Shown one piece after another: positions 1 to 10,680 of a stretch of 62,770 nt of DNA. Origin of the DNA: a virus. Lineage: Duplodnaviria; Caudoviricetes. The DNA lies in IMG/VR virus record IMGVR_UViG_3300038492_000235, positions 1-62,770 of that record; one strand, written 5' to 3'. The position numbers and the translations under genes were made by a program. The notes below the pieces were generated by a model that was not told the DNA's origin, did no database searches, and was given only the letters and a program-made list of their open reading frames with translations. Every line of letters begins with the position of its first letter. The first letter of the stretch is position 1.

Positions 1-237
1 ATTTTAGTTCCAATTTGCTGTAAGTAGTTGTTTTTTATGAAATAGGCATACTCTATGGCACCCCTCGAATGAGAGTGTGCCTTTCTGGGCAAATTTAAGT
101 GTTGACAATCGTCGAGTTTTGCCATAAATTGGCACATCGCCTTAAGGGTCGCTCGCGCAGGGAAAACGCCTGTAGGATCGACAGAAACGGCGCTAGAATC
201 GACGATCTTTGAATCAAGCTACCCTTACCCATTGTGA

Positions 238-905
238 AAGGTCAGAGGCTCACAGGAAGGGGGGCATTATAATCAATCAAATAAATCAATTGCAGATAAA
301 TTCCGATGCTTCATATAGTGCCCCCTTCCCATGTGGCCTTTGACCCTGCTAAATGGCAATTGTCAATTATGATTTGCAAGTTATGGTTAACAAGTGGTTA
401 GGGGGCAATTGTCAATTATAATTCGCAAGTTGCATAGTGTTAATCATAATTGACAATTGCCCCCTACTTGGGGCATACTACACAGTGCACAATTGTTATA
501 GCTGCCCCCTACACTGCGCATGGTGTGCTCGCCACGCCTCCTGTGGTTAGTGCATACTGTGCGCAGTGTAGGGGGCAATATGTGCGCTGTCAACTGAGAG
601 TTGTGAGCACATATTGCTCAATAGGTAGGGGGCACTGTGCTATCTGTGCACTGTCAATTGACAGTGCTGTGCATTCTATGCTGCCCCCTTCCCTGGTCAG
701 TGTGCAAACTGTGCGCTATGCACTGTGCACGGTCGGCTCACAATGGTGTGCATAGAATGCGCGATGCGTAGGGGGTAGCTGTGCATACCGTGCGCATGTA
801 TGATTTAGTGCACAGTGTGTAGCGATTCTCGACACCCTAAGTCATGCAATACCGTGACTTACGCTATAGCGAATAGGCCCTAAGTCATGCAATACCGTGA
901 CTTAG
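238..905. repeat. Non-coding repeat-rich left-end region (candidate packaging/terminus or origin region)
   Basis: Alternating GGGGCA/TGCCCC units. Imperfect inverted repeat ~240-345. Inverted repeat GGGGCAATTGTCAATTAT/ATAATTGACAATTGCCCC at ~403-462. Exact 24-bp direct repeat TAAGTCATGCAATACCGTGACTTA at 838-861 and 881-904. Confidence 0.7.
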
Positions 906-984
906 GGGGGTATATACGGGATTTTCCAGGAAAAACCGTGGGGACCCGTAGCCGAACATTTTTTATAAAATATGAAAATAAAAC

Positions 985-1014
985 TTGACAAAACAGTGAG
1001 TTAGTAAATATGAT
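985..1014 (+). promoter_or_regulatory. sigma70-like promoter of the repeated TTGACAAAACAGTGAGT class
   Basis: TTGACA-N18-TATGAT; spacer start matches the copies at 56098, 59189 and 61793. Confidence 0.55.
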
Positions 1015-1219
1015 GTCACAAACAGTAATTAGCAATCTTCCCATTCAGAGATTGAAACTTGATATGTTTACTAAAGAACAAGTCAAGATTTATGATGTTA
1101 TTGAAAATCTGTATAGGGTCAGTGGACCTTACGCAGATACAAAATGGTTTCCGACAATGGAAAAAGCTCTTGAGTATATGAGAGATCCTGGGGAATTATT
1201 TAAAGAAAGGACTTAGCAA

Positions 1220-1480
1220 ATGAGCACTGATAAATCAGCAAAAGATATCATCCAGGAAAGCATTGCTAGAATGCAAAGACGCTTTCCATACGGGACAGTT
1301 CAAAAAGTTTGGATTAAAAACACAGCTTATAAGTGGCCTCTTGAAAAAGACCAATGCCTCCACCAAGCCTGCCAACAGTGCCGTGGAACCGGCAGAAAAG
1401 ATAACGGTCAATTTTGCGTTCACATGATCGCATGCAAATGTCCGAATTGTAGACCAGTAATGAGAGCGGGAACTTTGTAA
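1220..1480 (+). CDS. Small Cys-rich (zinc-binding) hypothetical protein
   Basis: CxxC-xGxG...CxH...CxCxxC; RBS AGGA upstream. Confidence 0.6.
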   Translation: MSTDKSAKDIIQESIARMQRRFPYGTVQKVWIKNTAYKWPLEKDQCLHQACQQCRGTGRKDNGQFCVHMIACKCPNCRPVMRAGTL

Positions 1481-1671
1481 TGGCAATTAACCCAAATGGA
1501 ATTTCCGAAGAACAAATCGAAGCATTGAAAGCGAATCCTGAATTCCTAAGAGAAATTCAATCTAACACAATGCTCAAAATCGCCACAGCCCTGGGCAGAA
1601 ATAACGATGTCTTGAAACCGCTGTGGGTCAATTTAAGAGAGCGTCAGGCCGAAAATGACAATGTGGATTGA
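1480..1671 (+). CDS. Hypothetical protein
   Basis: TAATG coupling to the previous ORF. Confidence 0.5.
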   Translation: MAINPNGISEEQIEALKANPEFLREIQSNTMLKIATALGRNNDVLKPLWVNLRERQAENDNVD

Positions 1672-1960
1672 TAGAGAACTTGTAGCCAGGATGAATAGTT
1701 TTAACATCCTGAAAAAACTAAACGATGGTGAATTACCAATACCAGAAAGGTTTCCCTTTATGAAAAAACCGCATTACTTACTGCAACTGTTTGAATACAA
1801 ACATCTCCCTGATCATCTTCAGAAAATCTCAAAACCGTTCCATGATTTGGCACATCAGATGCACGATATGCTGCCTGAGAATCCCGAGACTACGGCAATG
1901 CTGCGTAAGCTCCGGGAAGCGAAGGATTGCGCCGTGACATCCAACGTCATTACGATGTAA
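1655..1960 (+). CDS. Conserved phage helical-hairpin protein (possible Acb2/Tad1-like fold); real start may be internal Met at 1760
   Basis: FEYKHLPDHLQKISKPF...LPENPETTAMLRKLREAKDCAV, a motif I recognise from phage proteins. Confidence 0.55.
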   Translation: MTMWIDRELVARMNSFNILKKLNDGELPIPERFPFMKKPHYLLQLFEYKHLPDHLQKISKPFHDLAHQMHDMLPENPETTAMLRKLREAKDCAVTSNVITM

Positions 1961-2171
1961 TGAAATCGTTACGGAAAATGATGAAAGACAAGGAAGTCAT
2001 TGCTGTGCTTCGTGATGGGCCTTTGAAGGGAATCGAGTTTCCCGTTGACGGGGCGCAGCCTACAATTGACATTCTGAAAGAAGATCTGGGATTCTTAACC
2101 TACAGATGGCACAGATATAGAATTGTCGGTGAATATTTCATAGTAACATATTACTCAAAAGGAATCAATTA

Positions 2172-2441
2172 ATGAGCATTAACCAACGAGTCGAGGAAGC
2201 CCTTGGCAATGGCCTACAAGCTGTAGTAGCAAATCACAAAGCAGTGCTTCCCCCTGCGACAATGGCAATTGAATTTGAAGTCTATACCCAGGCTCAAATG
2301 GAAGAAGACAAGAATATCCTGAACGTTTTCTTGTTATCCATTGGTGGCCGGAAAATGTGGTATGGCAGTTTAAGCAAAGTTTTAGAAGTGATTCAGGAAA
2401 ACGTTAAGAGCGTGGACCTGACCGGAGAGAATGGTGAGTAA
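2172..2441 (+). CDS. Hypothetical protein
   Basis: Coupled ORF in the same operon. Confidence 0.5.
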   Translation: MSINQRVEEALGNGLQAVVANHKAVLPPATMAIEFEVYTQAQMEEDKNILNVFLLSIGGRKMWYGSLSKVLEVIQENVKSVDLTGENGE

Positions 2442-3162
2442 GGACGAAGTAAAAGAAATCGTGCCGATTGAGGAAACTCAGGAGCCCAGCGCGGAAACAA
2501 TCGCTGCTGCGAATCGGTATCGAGAGGCAATCGAGGAAGCTTTCGATAACCAGGATATTGACCTGGGCTCTCGGAACAATTTCCTGAGCCTCAAGGATCG
2601 TGCAGAACTTGATAACTGGCGAGTTGACATTGACCACAGGACCCGGTTCAGCGAGAGAGCCAAAGTGACCTTTTTGCAACAACTTGCGATCCACGGTAAA
2701 AAGAGAATGGCAGCGACGGCCGCTGGCGTTAGCCTTAATACCGTGAAAAATCACGAGAAAAAGGATGAGCAATTCGCAGAGGCGATCCATCAGGTTTTGG
2801 AAATGAGATCTGAGCAAATTACCGCGCACATTGAGAATCAAGCCATTAACGGAATGACAGAGCCTATCGTTGGACGCGACAATGAAGTCGTGGGCTATCG
2901 GACTCGTTACGAACAGCAATTACGGATGGCCGTATTGCGTAGGCACGATCCGAACTATAACGATAAGCGTCAACTGGACGTTACTGTTAAGACTGGTGTT
3001 CTGGTAGCGCCAGGGGGCACTGATCTTGATAAGTGGCTCGCTGCCGGTAAAGAAACTCACGATAAGCAAGTGAAGCAAGTAGAGGAAACACGCAAGGCCC
3101 TGAAGCCCGGCGCGAAAGTTGTTGAGGCTGAAGTTGTAGAGGAGAAAGATGATTCCAAATGA
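2431..3162 (+). CDS. terS: Probable terminase small subunit
   Basis: Directly upstream of and overlapping TerL; HTH-like segment followed by helical region. Confidence 0.7.
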   Translation: MVSKDEVKEIVPIEETQEPSAETIAAANRYREAIEEAFDNQDIDLGSRNNFLSLKDRAELDNWRVDIDHRTRFSERAKVTFLQQLAIHGKKRMAATAAGVSLNTVKNHEKKDEQFAEAIHQVLEMRSEQITAHIENQAINGMTEPIVGRDNEVVGYRTRYEQQLRMAVLRRHDPNYNDKRQLDVTVKTGVLVAPGGTDLDKWLAAGKETHDKQVKQVEETRKALKPGAKVVEAEVVEEKDDSK

Positions 3163-4651
3163 TGCCTTGGACGTGGTATGGAAACCACAAGAAGGGTCAC
3201 AAACGATGTTCCTTTCCTGCCCGGTCTTCGAGGTTCTTTATGAGGGAACCAGAGGCCCAGGAAAAACTGATGCGCTGATTATGGATTTTGCCCAATATGT
3301 TGGGCGAGGTTATGGTGCTGCCTGGAACGGGATTCTGTTCAGACAGACCTTTCCACAGTTGCAAGATGTTATCAAGAAAACGAAGAAATGGTTTCCTCGG
3401 ATATTTCCGGGAGTGAAGTATAACGAAGCCAAATTCTTCTGGACATGGCCTACTGGCGAAATGCTTTTGCTGCGTCAATATGACAAGGTTGACGATTATC
3501 TGAACTATCACGGCCACGAATACCCCTGGGTAGGCTGGGAAGAATTAACCAATTGGGCAGATCCAACCGGTTATTTGAAAATGATGTCAACTTGCCGTTC
3601 GACTGTGAAAGGTATGCCCAGGCACTATCGGGCAACGACAAATCCATATGGACCAGGGCACACATGGGTTAAAGAACGGTTCAGATTGCCGGATTACAGG
3701 TTCAAGTTGATCGATGATTCTTACGATGAGGAAGGGCGTAAAGAAGAGGCCCGAGTTGCGATATTCGGAACTATTCAGGAGAATCGTTTGCTTTTGGACG
3801 CTGATCCTGATTATATTAACCGTATTGCGATGGCGGCCGAGAATGAAGCAGAGCGGGAAGCTTGGCTTTACGGAAGCTGGGACATTATTGCTGGTGGCAT
3901 GTTCTCCGACTTATGGAAGCCGCGATATCATGTGATACCAGATTTGATCGGAACAGTCCCTCGACAATGGCGAATTTATAGAAGCTATGACTGGGGAGAC
4001 TCTTCACCATTTTCAGTTGGATGGCATGCTGTCAGTGATGGCACTGACCTACAATTGCCAACCGGGAAAGTGATGAATACGGTTCGTGGCGATATTTTTC
4101 GGCTGGCCGAATGGTATGGTTGCAAAAAAGGCAAGTCCAATGTTGGCCTCAAATTGCCTACCTCGAAAATTACCCAAGGAATCATAGAGCGCGAGATTGA
4201 ATATGGTTTCAGATGGCGAGATGGCAAGAGAAAAAAATCACGAGTCTACGCTGGACCGGCCGACACAAGTATTTTCAGCGATGAGCGCGGAGGTCCATCG
4301 ATTTCAGTAGAGATGGCCCAACCTCTTAGAATCGACGGTGAACTGTGGCCTGGGGTCCACTGGACACGAGCGGATAAGAGGAAAGGCAGTCGTAAGATTG
4401 GATGGTCGCTGCTTAGACAAATGATGGAAAATTCGATTCCCCCGGAGAAAGGAATCAGGGAGAAACCCGGAGTTTTCATTTGTGAAAGATGCTCGGATTT
4501 TCGGACAATCATTCCGACACTGCCGAGAGATAAACGAGATCCAGATGACCTCGACACTGATGCGGTTGATCACATTGCTGATGAATGGCGTTACTTCGCG
4601 AGATCGACAGGGCAAGTAGCTAGAAGACGAAAAGTAAGGGGTAATTTCTAA
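3149..4651 (+). CDS. terL: Terminase large subunit
   Basis: Walker A GTRGPGKT, Walker B VGWEE, TTNP motif, nuclease YDWG and DHIADEWRY. Confidence 0.95.
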   Translation: MIPNDALDVVWKPQEGSQTMFLSCPVFEVLYEGTRGPGKTDALIMDFAQYVGRGYGAAWNGILFRQTFPQLQDVIKKTKKWFPRIFPGVKYNEAKFFWTWPTGEMLLLRQYDKVDDYLNYHGHEYPWVGWEELTNWADPTGYLKMMSTCRSTVKGMPRHYRATTNPYGPGHTWVKERFRLPDYRFKLIDDSYDEEGRKEEARVAIFGTIQENRLLLDADPDYINRIAMAAENEAEREAWLYGSWDIIAGGMFSDLWKPRYHVIPDLIGTVPRQWRIYRSYDWGDSSPFSVGWHAVSDGTDLQLPTGKVMNTVRGDIFRLAEWYGCKKGKSNVGLKLPTSKITQGIIEREIEYGFRWRDGKRKKSRVYAGPADTSIFSDERGGPSISVEMAQPLRIDGELWPGVHWTRADKRKGSRKIGWSLLRQMMENSIPPEKGIREKPGVFICERCSDFRTIIPTLPRDKRDPDDLDTDAVDHIADEWRYFARSTGQVARRRKVRGNF

Positions 4652-4652
4652 T

Positions 4653-6182
4653 ATGCCAGGAACCGTAGTTAGTTCAGTTCAACCGGAATTCACTGAAGCG
4701 TTGGAGCGCTGGTGGAATTTGATGGAAGACACTCACGAAGGTGAGTATGCAGTAAAGCTTAAGGGAACGTCCTACCTCCCTTATACAGATGCACAGGTAA
4801 GAGACGGTGCAGGAACCGACAATGAGAGTTTAGGGCAGCGCGCTTATGACGCATATAAGCTCCGAGCCAAATACCCGGAGTTCGTAAAGGAAGCGGTCAA
4901 GACAGCGCTGGGCGTTATGCACCGTAAACCTGCGAAGATCACATTGCCCCCTGCGTTGGAAAAGTTTATCGCAGAAGCGACAGTTGACGGTGAAAGTCTG
5001 CAAATGCTTCTGGAAAAGATTACCTTTCACCAGATGGTAACAGGACGTGCCGGAATTCTCGCTGAGATTGTTGATGAAGAAACTCGGGGTATCGACGGAA
5101 TGTATATTGCTCTGTATGGAGCAAAGAGAATTCGAAATTGGGACAATGGGACCAATGACGGGAATGCCAAGCAGAAATTGCAACTGGTAGTTCTGGAAGA
5201 ATCCGAAAACGAGCGCAAGCTAGACGGATTCTCATGGCAGAGAATTACCAAATACCGTGTATTGAGTTTTGGTGCATTAGAGACTGAGAGCACGACAGGT
5301 GTTTACAGGGCCCAAGTATTTCGTCAGGAACAAAACGGTTTCCGGGAAGAAAATCAAATCGCCCCGGTGATCAATGGCCGGACAACAGATGAAATTCCGT
5401 TTGTGTTCATCAATCCAACTGACATCGTTCCGAAGCCAGGAGAACCGCCGTTGCTGGCGCTGGCAAGATTGGCATTAACATATTACCGCTTAAGCGCTGA
5501 CCACAGACAAGCACTGTTTATGAATGGTCAGGACACATTAGTTCGTGAAGGCTATCAGGAAATCGACGGCGAAGATGATATAGTCGTTGGTGCTGCTTCA
5601 GGAGGCATTGACCTGCCTATCGGTGGCCGTGCTTACTATATCGGGGTCGAGGGCCAAGGTCTGGGTGAAATGCGCCAGACACTTGAAGCTGATGAACAGG
5701 AAGCCGCGCACATTGGCGGTCAGTTACTTGAATCGACTAACCGGGAACGTGAATCAGGGGATGCTCTTACTACGCGAGTGGCGAGCAGAACTACCAGTTT
5801 GCCCAGGATAGCGAAAACGTCAGCCTTTGGTCTTGAGACATTGCTGAAGAAAATTGGTCGCTGGATGAGATTGTCGCAAGATCAAATTGACATGATCAGT
5901 GTGCAGCCGAATCTTGACTTTGCTATTGAAGCCTTGAAAGGTTCAACAATTGTTGAATTCCTCACTGCCAAGGGCATGGGTGCTCCGATTTCGTTCAGAT
6001 CTTTGCATAACTATTTACGAGAAAAAGATCTTACCAATTTGAGTTTCGATGAAGAGATGGAACTGATTAGATCCGAGCAAGCATTGTTAGAATTCTTGAT
6101 TCCGATGATGGCTGGCATTCAGGATGAACCGGCTCCGGCAACCGTAGAAGACGATCCAGAGGACGATAATGGCAACGAGTAA
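4653..6182 (+). CDS. Portal protein (DUF4055-like)
   Basis: Position after TerL, 509 aa, YLP...YxxYxxRA and IPFVFI...PPLL motifs. Confidence 0.9.
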   Translation: MPGTVVSSVQPEFTEALERWWNLMEDTHEGEYAVKLKGTSYLPYTDAQVRDGAGTDNESLGQRAYDAYKLRAKYPEFVKEAVKTALGVMHRKPAKITLPPALEKFIAEATVDGESLQMLLEKITFHQMVTGRAGILAEIVDEETRGIDGMYIALYGAKRIRNWDNGTNDGNAKQKLQLVVLEESENERKLDGFSWQRITKYRVLSFGALETESTTGVYRAQVFRQEQNGFREENQIAPVINGRTTDEIPFVFINPTDIVPKPGEPPLLALARLALTYYRLSADHRQALFMNGQDTLVREGYQEIDGEDDIVVGAASGGIDLPIGGRAYYIGVEGQGLGEMRQTLEADEQEAAHIGGQLLESTNRERESGDALTTRVASRTTSLPRIAKTSAFGLETLLKKIGRWMRLSQDQIDMISVQPNLDFAIEALKGSTIVEFLTAKGMGAPISFRSLHNYLREKDLTNLSFDEEMELIRSEQALLEFLIPMMAGIQDEPAPATVEDDPEDDNGNE

Positions 6183-7365
6183 TGAGCTACAGCTTGACGA
6201 GTTCATTGCTTATCAGATAGGGTTGCTGCAATTAAGCGCGAGAATACGGGACAGGGTAATAGCTGTCCTAAATGCAACTGAAGCAGAAGTCGTTGACAAG
6301 ATCGTATCTCGTTTGGCAAATCACGAAGCGTTTCGTGGTATTGGAGATCAGCGTAGAGTTCAGGTTTTGCGTAGAATTATCAACAATATTCGAGGCGCGG
6401 CTTGGGACGAGGCAAATAACATATGGGTTGAGGAAATAACAGCAGTTGCAAGGGCTGATTCGCGTTTTGCAGCTATGATTTTGAACACAACTGCCCCTGT
6501 TATCCTTGACCTCACTGCTTTGTCAAGTGATGACGTTGACAAAATACTGAGGCAGCAACCATTTGAGGGCCGAGTGCTCAGGGAATGGGCAAAAAAGCAA
6601 AAAACTGATGATCTTGCGCGCATTCAAGCACAGATCCGTATTGGAATGATCCAGGGGGAAACATCCAGGCAAATAGCTTCCCGGATTGTTGGGACAACAC
6701 GCAGACGAAATTCAGGAGTTACCGGCACAACACGTAGAAATATGGAAGCGGTAACGCTTACTGCGATCAATTTTGTGTCAAATGCGTCACGTAGAGAGTT
6801 TTATGCTCAAAACAAGAATATTTTAAGCACGGAATTGTTTGTAGCGACCTTGGATAGCCGGACGACACCTATCTGCCGGTCATTTGACGGCGATGTATTT
6901 CCAATTGCTGAAGGTCCACTGCCACCGTTGCATTTCAGGTGCCGGAGTTTACGTGTTGCGTTGCTGAATGGTCAGATTTTAGGGAACCGACCGTTCAAAA
7001 CATCAACCGAACGAAGTCTTGTTAGAGAGTTCCTGCGGTCGAGGGGCATGACCCCAAAAGCTCAAAGGCGAAAAGACCTTCCGTTTGGGCTCAAAGGGCA
7101 GTTTGATAAATTCGCTCGGCCACGTATCCGCGAGCTTACTGGGCAAGTCCCGGCTCGCACGAGTTACGGGGATTGGTTGAGAAGACAAAGTGCAGAATTT
7201 CAAGATGAAGTATTAGGTCCGACTCGCGGAAAATTATTTCGCCGAGGTGGATTAGATCTAAAGAACTTTGTAAGACGTGACGGTAGTCAAGTAACTCTTG
7301 AAGAGTTGGTGAAGCGTCACGAAAGAAACTTCAGAAGGGCTGGGTTGAATCCAGCAGATTTCTAA
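6169..7365 (+). CDS. Minor head/morphogenesis protein (SPP1 gp7/MuF-like)
   Basis: ATLDSRTTPICRSFDG...PPLHFRCRS motif. Confidence 0.9.
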   Translation: MATSNELQLDEFIAYQIGLLQLSARIRDRVIAVLNATEAEVVDKIVSRLANHEAFRGIGDQRRVQVLRRIINNIRGAAWDEANNIWVEEITAVARADSRFAAMILNTTAPVILDLTALSSDDVDKILRQQPFEGRVLREWAKKQKTDDLARIQAQIRIGMIQGETSRQIASRIVGTTRRRNSGVTGTTRRNMEAVTLTAINFVSNASRREFYAQNKNILSTELFVATLDSRTTPICRSFDGDVFPIAEGPLPPLHFRCRSLRVALLNGQILGNRPFKTSTERSLVREFLRSRGMTPKAQRRKDLPFGLKGQFDKFARPRIRELTGQVPARTSYGDWLRRQSAEFQDEVLGPTRGKLFRRGGLDLKNFVRRDGSQVTLEELVKRHERNFRRAGLNPADF

Positions 7366-7410
7366 CCGTTAAGTCATGAGGCTTGACAAAATAATGAGGA
7401 GCATGTAAGA

Positions 7411-8238
7411 ATGCCAAAATTAAATTATGAGTATGACAGTAAGGAAGCTATCCCGGAAGCGCATCAGGATTTGTATACTGAGGTTGACGGCGGCAAATGG
7501 CGCATCACAGAAGTAGCCGGTATCAAAACCCAAGCGGATGTTGACGCAGTGCTTGAAGGTAAGCGCAAAGAAGTCAATGACCACAAGGAAACGAAAACCA
7601 AACTTGCGGCCTATCGTGCCCTGGGGGATGACCCGGAAGCTATTCGTGGTGATTTGGATAAGATCGAGGAATACAAACTCGCTGCCGAAGGTAAGTTTGA
7701 CGAAGGTCAGGTGAATGAACTGGTTGAAAAGCGGATTGCTGCAAAAATGAATACCCTGGAAACCAAATTCGGCCGGGAAAAGAAAGAATTGGAAGAAAAG
7801 CTTGGCGAAGCTACTGGTGAACTGAATGTTTTGAAAGAGGCTCAGGTCGCTCGCACTATCGACGATGCCTTGATGAACGGCTTTAGTGGTTTTGAGCAAG
7901 GCAAACTTCGCGAGGGTGTTCTTTCTGATGTTGTAAAACTGGCGCGTGGTGATTTTGTCTTGAATGAGGAAGGTGAGCCGGTCACGAAAGATAAAGGACT
8001 TCCTGTTTCACTTTATATCGCTGACCACTTTGACAACAAAGCCTGGGCCTGGGAAGGTTCTCGTGGCGGTGGCGGTAAAGGCGGAGACGGCGGCGGCGGA
8101 GGTAAAAATCCGTGGGCTGTTGATTCCTGGGACTTTGATGCACAAGCTGCATATATCCAAAAGCATGGTGTTGCAAAGGCCAATGAACTTGCTGCTCTTG
8201 TTGGCAGCAAAGTCGGTGCTCGTAAGCCTAAAAGTTAG
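7411..8238 (+). CDS. Capsid scaffolding protein
   Basis: Coiled-coil, Gly-rich linker then KNPW; just upstream of the capsid gene. Confidence 0.8.
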   Translation: MPKLNYEYDSKEAIPEAHQDLYTEVDGGKWRITEVAGIKTQADVDAVLEGKRKEVNDHKETKTKLAAYRALGDDPEAIRGDLDKIEEYKLAAEGKFDEGQVNELVEKRIAAKMNTLETKFGREKKELEEKLGEATGELNVLKEAQVARTIDDALMNGFSGFEQGKLREGVLSDVVKLARGDFVLNEEGEPVTKDKGLPVSLYIADHFDNKAWAWEGSRGGGGKGGDGGGGGKNPWAVDSWDFDAQAAYIQKHGVAKANELAALVGSKVGARKPKS

Positions 8239-8250
8239 AAAAATATTGAC

Positions 8251-8297
8251 CTTGTGCAGAAATTCACTTGATTTTTCTGCACAAGTGTCGTATATTC
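8251..8297 (+). promoter_or_regulatory. Inverted repeat overlapping a putative promoter for the capsid gene
   Basis: CTTGTGCAGAAA...TTTCTGCACAAG hairpin enclosing TTGATT, followed by TATATT. Confidence 0.45.
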
Positions 8298-8387
8298 AGT
8301 AAAATAGTTATATCAAGAGTCGGTCATGGGACATGGCTCATAGTTAATTCAGTAAGAGCCATGACAATACTCTAAGGAGGTTTCCCT

Positions 8388-9431
8388 ATGGCTATTGGTG
8401 TAACCAGAATTGCTCAGGTGGTCGTGCCTGAAGTGTTCACACCTTATTTTATGACCGTCACAGAAGAAAAGACGAATCTGATTAATGCAGGCGTCTTGGT
8501 TCTGGACGACTTCATGTCCGGCCTGTTAGCGGGTCCTGGACGCACTTATAATCTTCCTGGCTGGAATGACCTGGACAATGACGATGCGGATATCGCCAAT
8601 GATGATCCGAATGTGAATGCCGGAACCAGCAACATCAACACACATACGCAAATCGGTGTCGGTATGACTCGCCATAAGGCATGGTCAAGCATGGTTTTAG
8701 CTGACATACTTTCCGGTGAAAATGCGCAGGGCGCAATTGCTAATCGCGTTGGTGGCTACTGGTCACGTCAACTTCAAAGGGCCTACATTGCAACCATGAA
8801 CGGCGTATTTGCCGATAACGATGCTGCCGTTAACGGTGACGATACTCACACTGTTGGCGACTTGACTCACGATGTCAGCACACTAAACGGTGGTGTATAC
8901 GCCCAAGGTGTAACTGATTTCAGCGTTGAGCACGTTATTAACGCACTGGCATTGATGGGTGACAGCGCCCAGGATATCGATACGATCATGATGCACAGCA
9001 TCGTGAAATCTCGTATGGAAATCGCCAACCTGATCGATACCGTTCGCGACAGCGAAAACAACGTAATCGAAACGTTCCGTGGCCGTCGTGTTATCGAAGA
9101 CGACAGCATGCCAAACACCGGTGGTGTCTATGAGACATGGTTGCTTGGTAATGGTTCTGCACGTCTTGGTATCGGTGTTCATCCTGAAGCGACAGAGCTT
9201 GATCGCAAGCCTGCTGCCGGTAACGGTTCAGGACAGGACATTCTACACACTCGTGTTCGCTGGATGATTCACCCAGTTGGTCACGCTTTCATTGGATCTC
9301 CCGCAACTGACGGTGGCCCAAGCAATGCTGCATCTGCTGGCAACCTTGCGGACGCAGCTTCATGGAGCCGTAGATACCGTGAGCGCAAGCAAATCAAAAT
9401 TGTTCGCCTCAAGACACGCGAGCATGCGTAA
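8388..9431 (+). CDS. Major capsid protein
   Basis: VVVPEVFTPY N-terminus, FRGRRVIEDD, strong RBS TAAGGAGG, synteny. Confidence 0.9.
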   Translation: MAIGVTRIAQVVVPEVFTPYFMTVTEEKTNLINAGVLVLDDFMSGLLAGPGRTYNLPGWNDLDNDDADIANDDPNVNAGTSNINTHTQIGVGMTRHKAWSSMVLADILSGENAQGAIANRVGGYWSRQLQRAYIATMNGVFADNDAAVNGDDTHTVGDLTHDVSTLNGGVYAQGVTDFSVEHVINALALMGDSAQDIDTIMMHSIVKSRMEIANLIDTVRDSENNVIETFRGRRVIEDDSMPNTGGVYETWLLGNGSARLGIGVHPEATELDRKPAAGNGSGQDILHTRVRWMIHPVGHAFIGSPATDGGPSNAASAGNLADAASWSRRYRERKQIKIVRLKTREHA

Positions 9432-9439
9432 GCATTAAT

Positions 9440-9471
9440 TGATTGGCGCTCCTCGCTGGGAGCGCCAATCA
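9440..9471 (+). terminator. Strong hairpin after the capsid gene (weak U-tail)
   Basis: TGATTGGCGCTCC-loop-GGAGCGCCAATCA. Confidence 0.55.
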
Positions 9472-9491
9472 TACCGTTTAGGAGAATTTAA

Positions 9492-9974
9492 ATGAGTGGT
9501 ATTGATGGTGTAACCAGATATCGCAGACCCCGCCATAGAAATTTGCATAGAAGCACTCGCAGCCGTAAGCTGAATCGTTTTCTTGCAGAACGAGTTACCG
9601 CTTTAACGGGAACCGGAACTGGCACAGTTGTTACTGTGGATTTTGCCAATAACCAATTTGGCGCTGTAGGACATGGATTTCAAAATGGTGCCGGTCCTTT
9701 TGCGTTTACCGCAGGAACGACTTTACCAACTGGTTTATTTGCTGAAAACTCTTACTGGATTATCCGAATTGACGATGATAATTTCAGTGTATCTTCGAGC
9801 CCGAGAGCGGCTATTAATAACGAAGTTGTTGAAATCGGTGATGCTGGTGTTGGCACCATTACAATTACTCCGGCCGCAGAAGATAATATCGATATCTTCT
9901 TGCTTATTCAAAAGGGCGAAGTAAAACCTGAAGTTGTTTTCAATGCAACCGACATTGACAGCTTAATACCGTAA
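9492..9974 (+). CDS. Probable virion structural/decoration protein
   Basis: After capsid gene; beta-rich, Arg-rich N-terminus; RBS AGGAG. Confidence 0.55.
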   Translation: MSGIDGVTRYRRPRHRNLHRSTRSRKLNRFLAERVTALTGTGTGTVVTVDFANNQFGAVGHGFQNGAGPFAFTAGTTLPTGLFAENSYWIIRIDDDNFSVSSSPRAAINNEVVEIGDAGVGTITITPAAEDNIDIFLLIQKGEVKPEVVFNATDIDSLIP

Positions 9975-9987
9975 GAGGAGCAATAAA

Positions 9988-10680
9988 TTGAACGAAGAAA
10001 ACAAACTGCTAATTGCACTACAGAAACTTGACCCGGACAATGATGCTCATTGGACCCAAACCGGAGCACCTATGATGTCTGTATTGCATTCAGAAGATTT
10101 TTTGAATAGCGATACTCTGACTCGCAAAGCATTGACGATGGAGTTCCCGGATTTCAATCGCGATTTCGCTGCTGACCAAAGGGCCGCTGCTGAACTGACA
10201 GAAGAAAAAGTTGGTGAAGCAATCGATAAGCCTCGTGTTGAAGTTGAAGGTGATGTGCTGGTCGAAAAAGAAATTGCCGAAGACGTTGAACTTTCCAATG
10301 AAGTAACAGTGGGAGAATTGCAAGAAAAACTTGCCAAGTTGCGTAAAGTCCAAGCAGACCTTTCTGTTGCTAAAGACAAAGCTATCAAAGCATTTCAAGA
10401 AGCGCAGAAAAAAGCTGACAAAGTTCAGTTGGAAATGGAAGCATTACTTCCGCCCGAGCAGGATAAGCATGTTTCCAATGCACAAGCTTATCTGAAATCT
10501 CAAAAGGCAGAAGTTGAAAAACGTTTCCAGCGACGTAAAGTCTTAGCTGCCAAGTTAGGCGGTGTTGACCTGGGCGAGTTGGACAACCGTTCTCCAATCG
10601 ACAAAGCATATGCGGCCAAACCAAATCCGCAAATGAGACGCCCGGTAATCCCTTTAAAGGATGAGAAAAATGCCGAATAA
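9988..10680 (+). CDS. Hypothetical head-module protein
   Basis: TTG start with RBS GAGGAG; LDPDNDAHWT motif plus coiled coil. Confidence 0.6.
   Translation: MNEENKLLIALQKLDPDNDAHWTQTGAPMMSVLHSEDFLNSDTLTRKALTMEFPDFNRDFAADQRAAAELTEEKVGEAIDKPRVEVEGDVLVEKEIAEDVELSNEVTVGELQEKLAKLRKVQADLSVAKDKAIKAFQEAQKKADKVQLEMEALLPPEQDKHVSNAQAYLKSQKAEVEKRFQRRKVLAAKLGGVDLGELDNRSPIDKAYAAKPNPQMRRPVIPLKDEKNAE

Noticed and set aside
450-755. 101-aa ORF
   Set aside because: Translation of low-complexity TGTGCA/GGGGCA repeats, no RBS.
7370-8365. GTCATG motifs before scaffold and capsid genes as late promoters
   Set aside because: Too short and too few to separate from chance.
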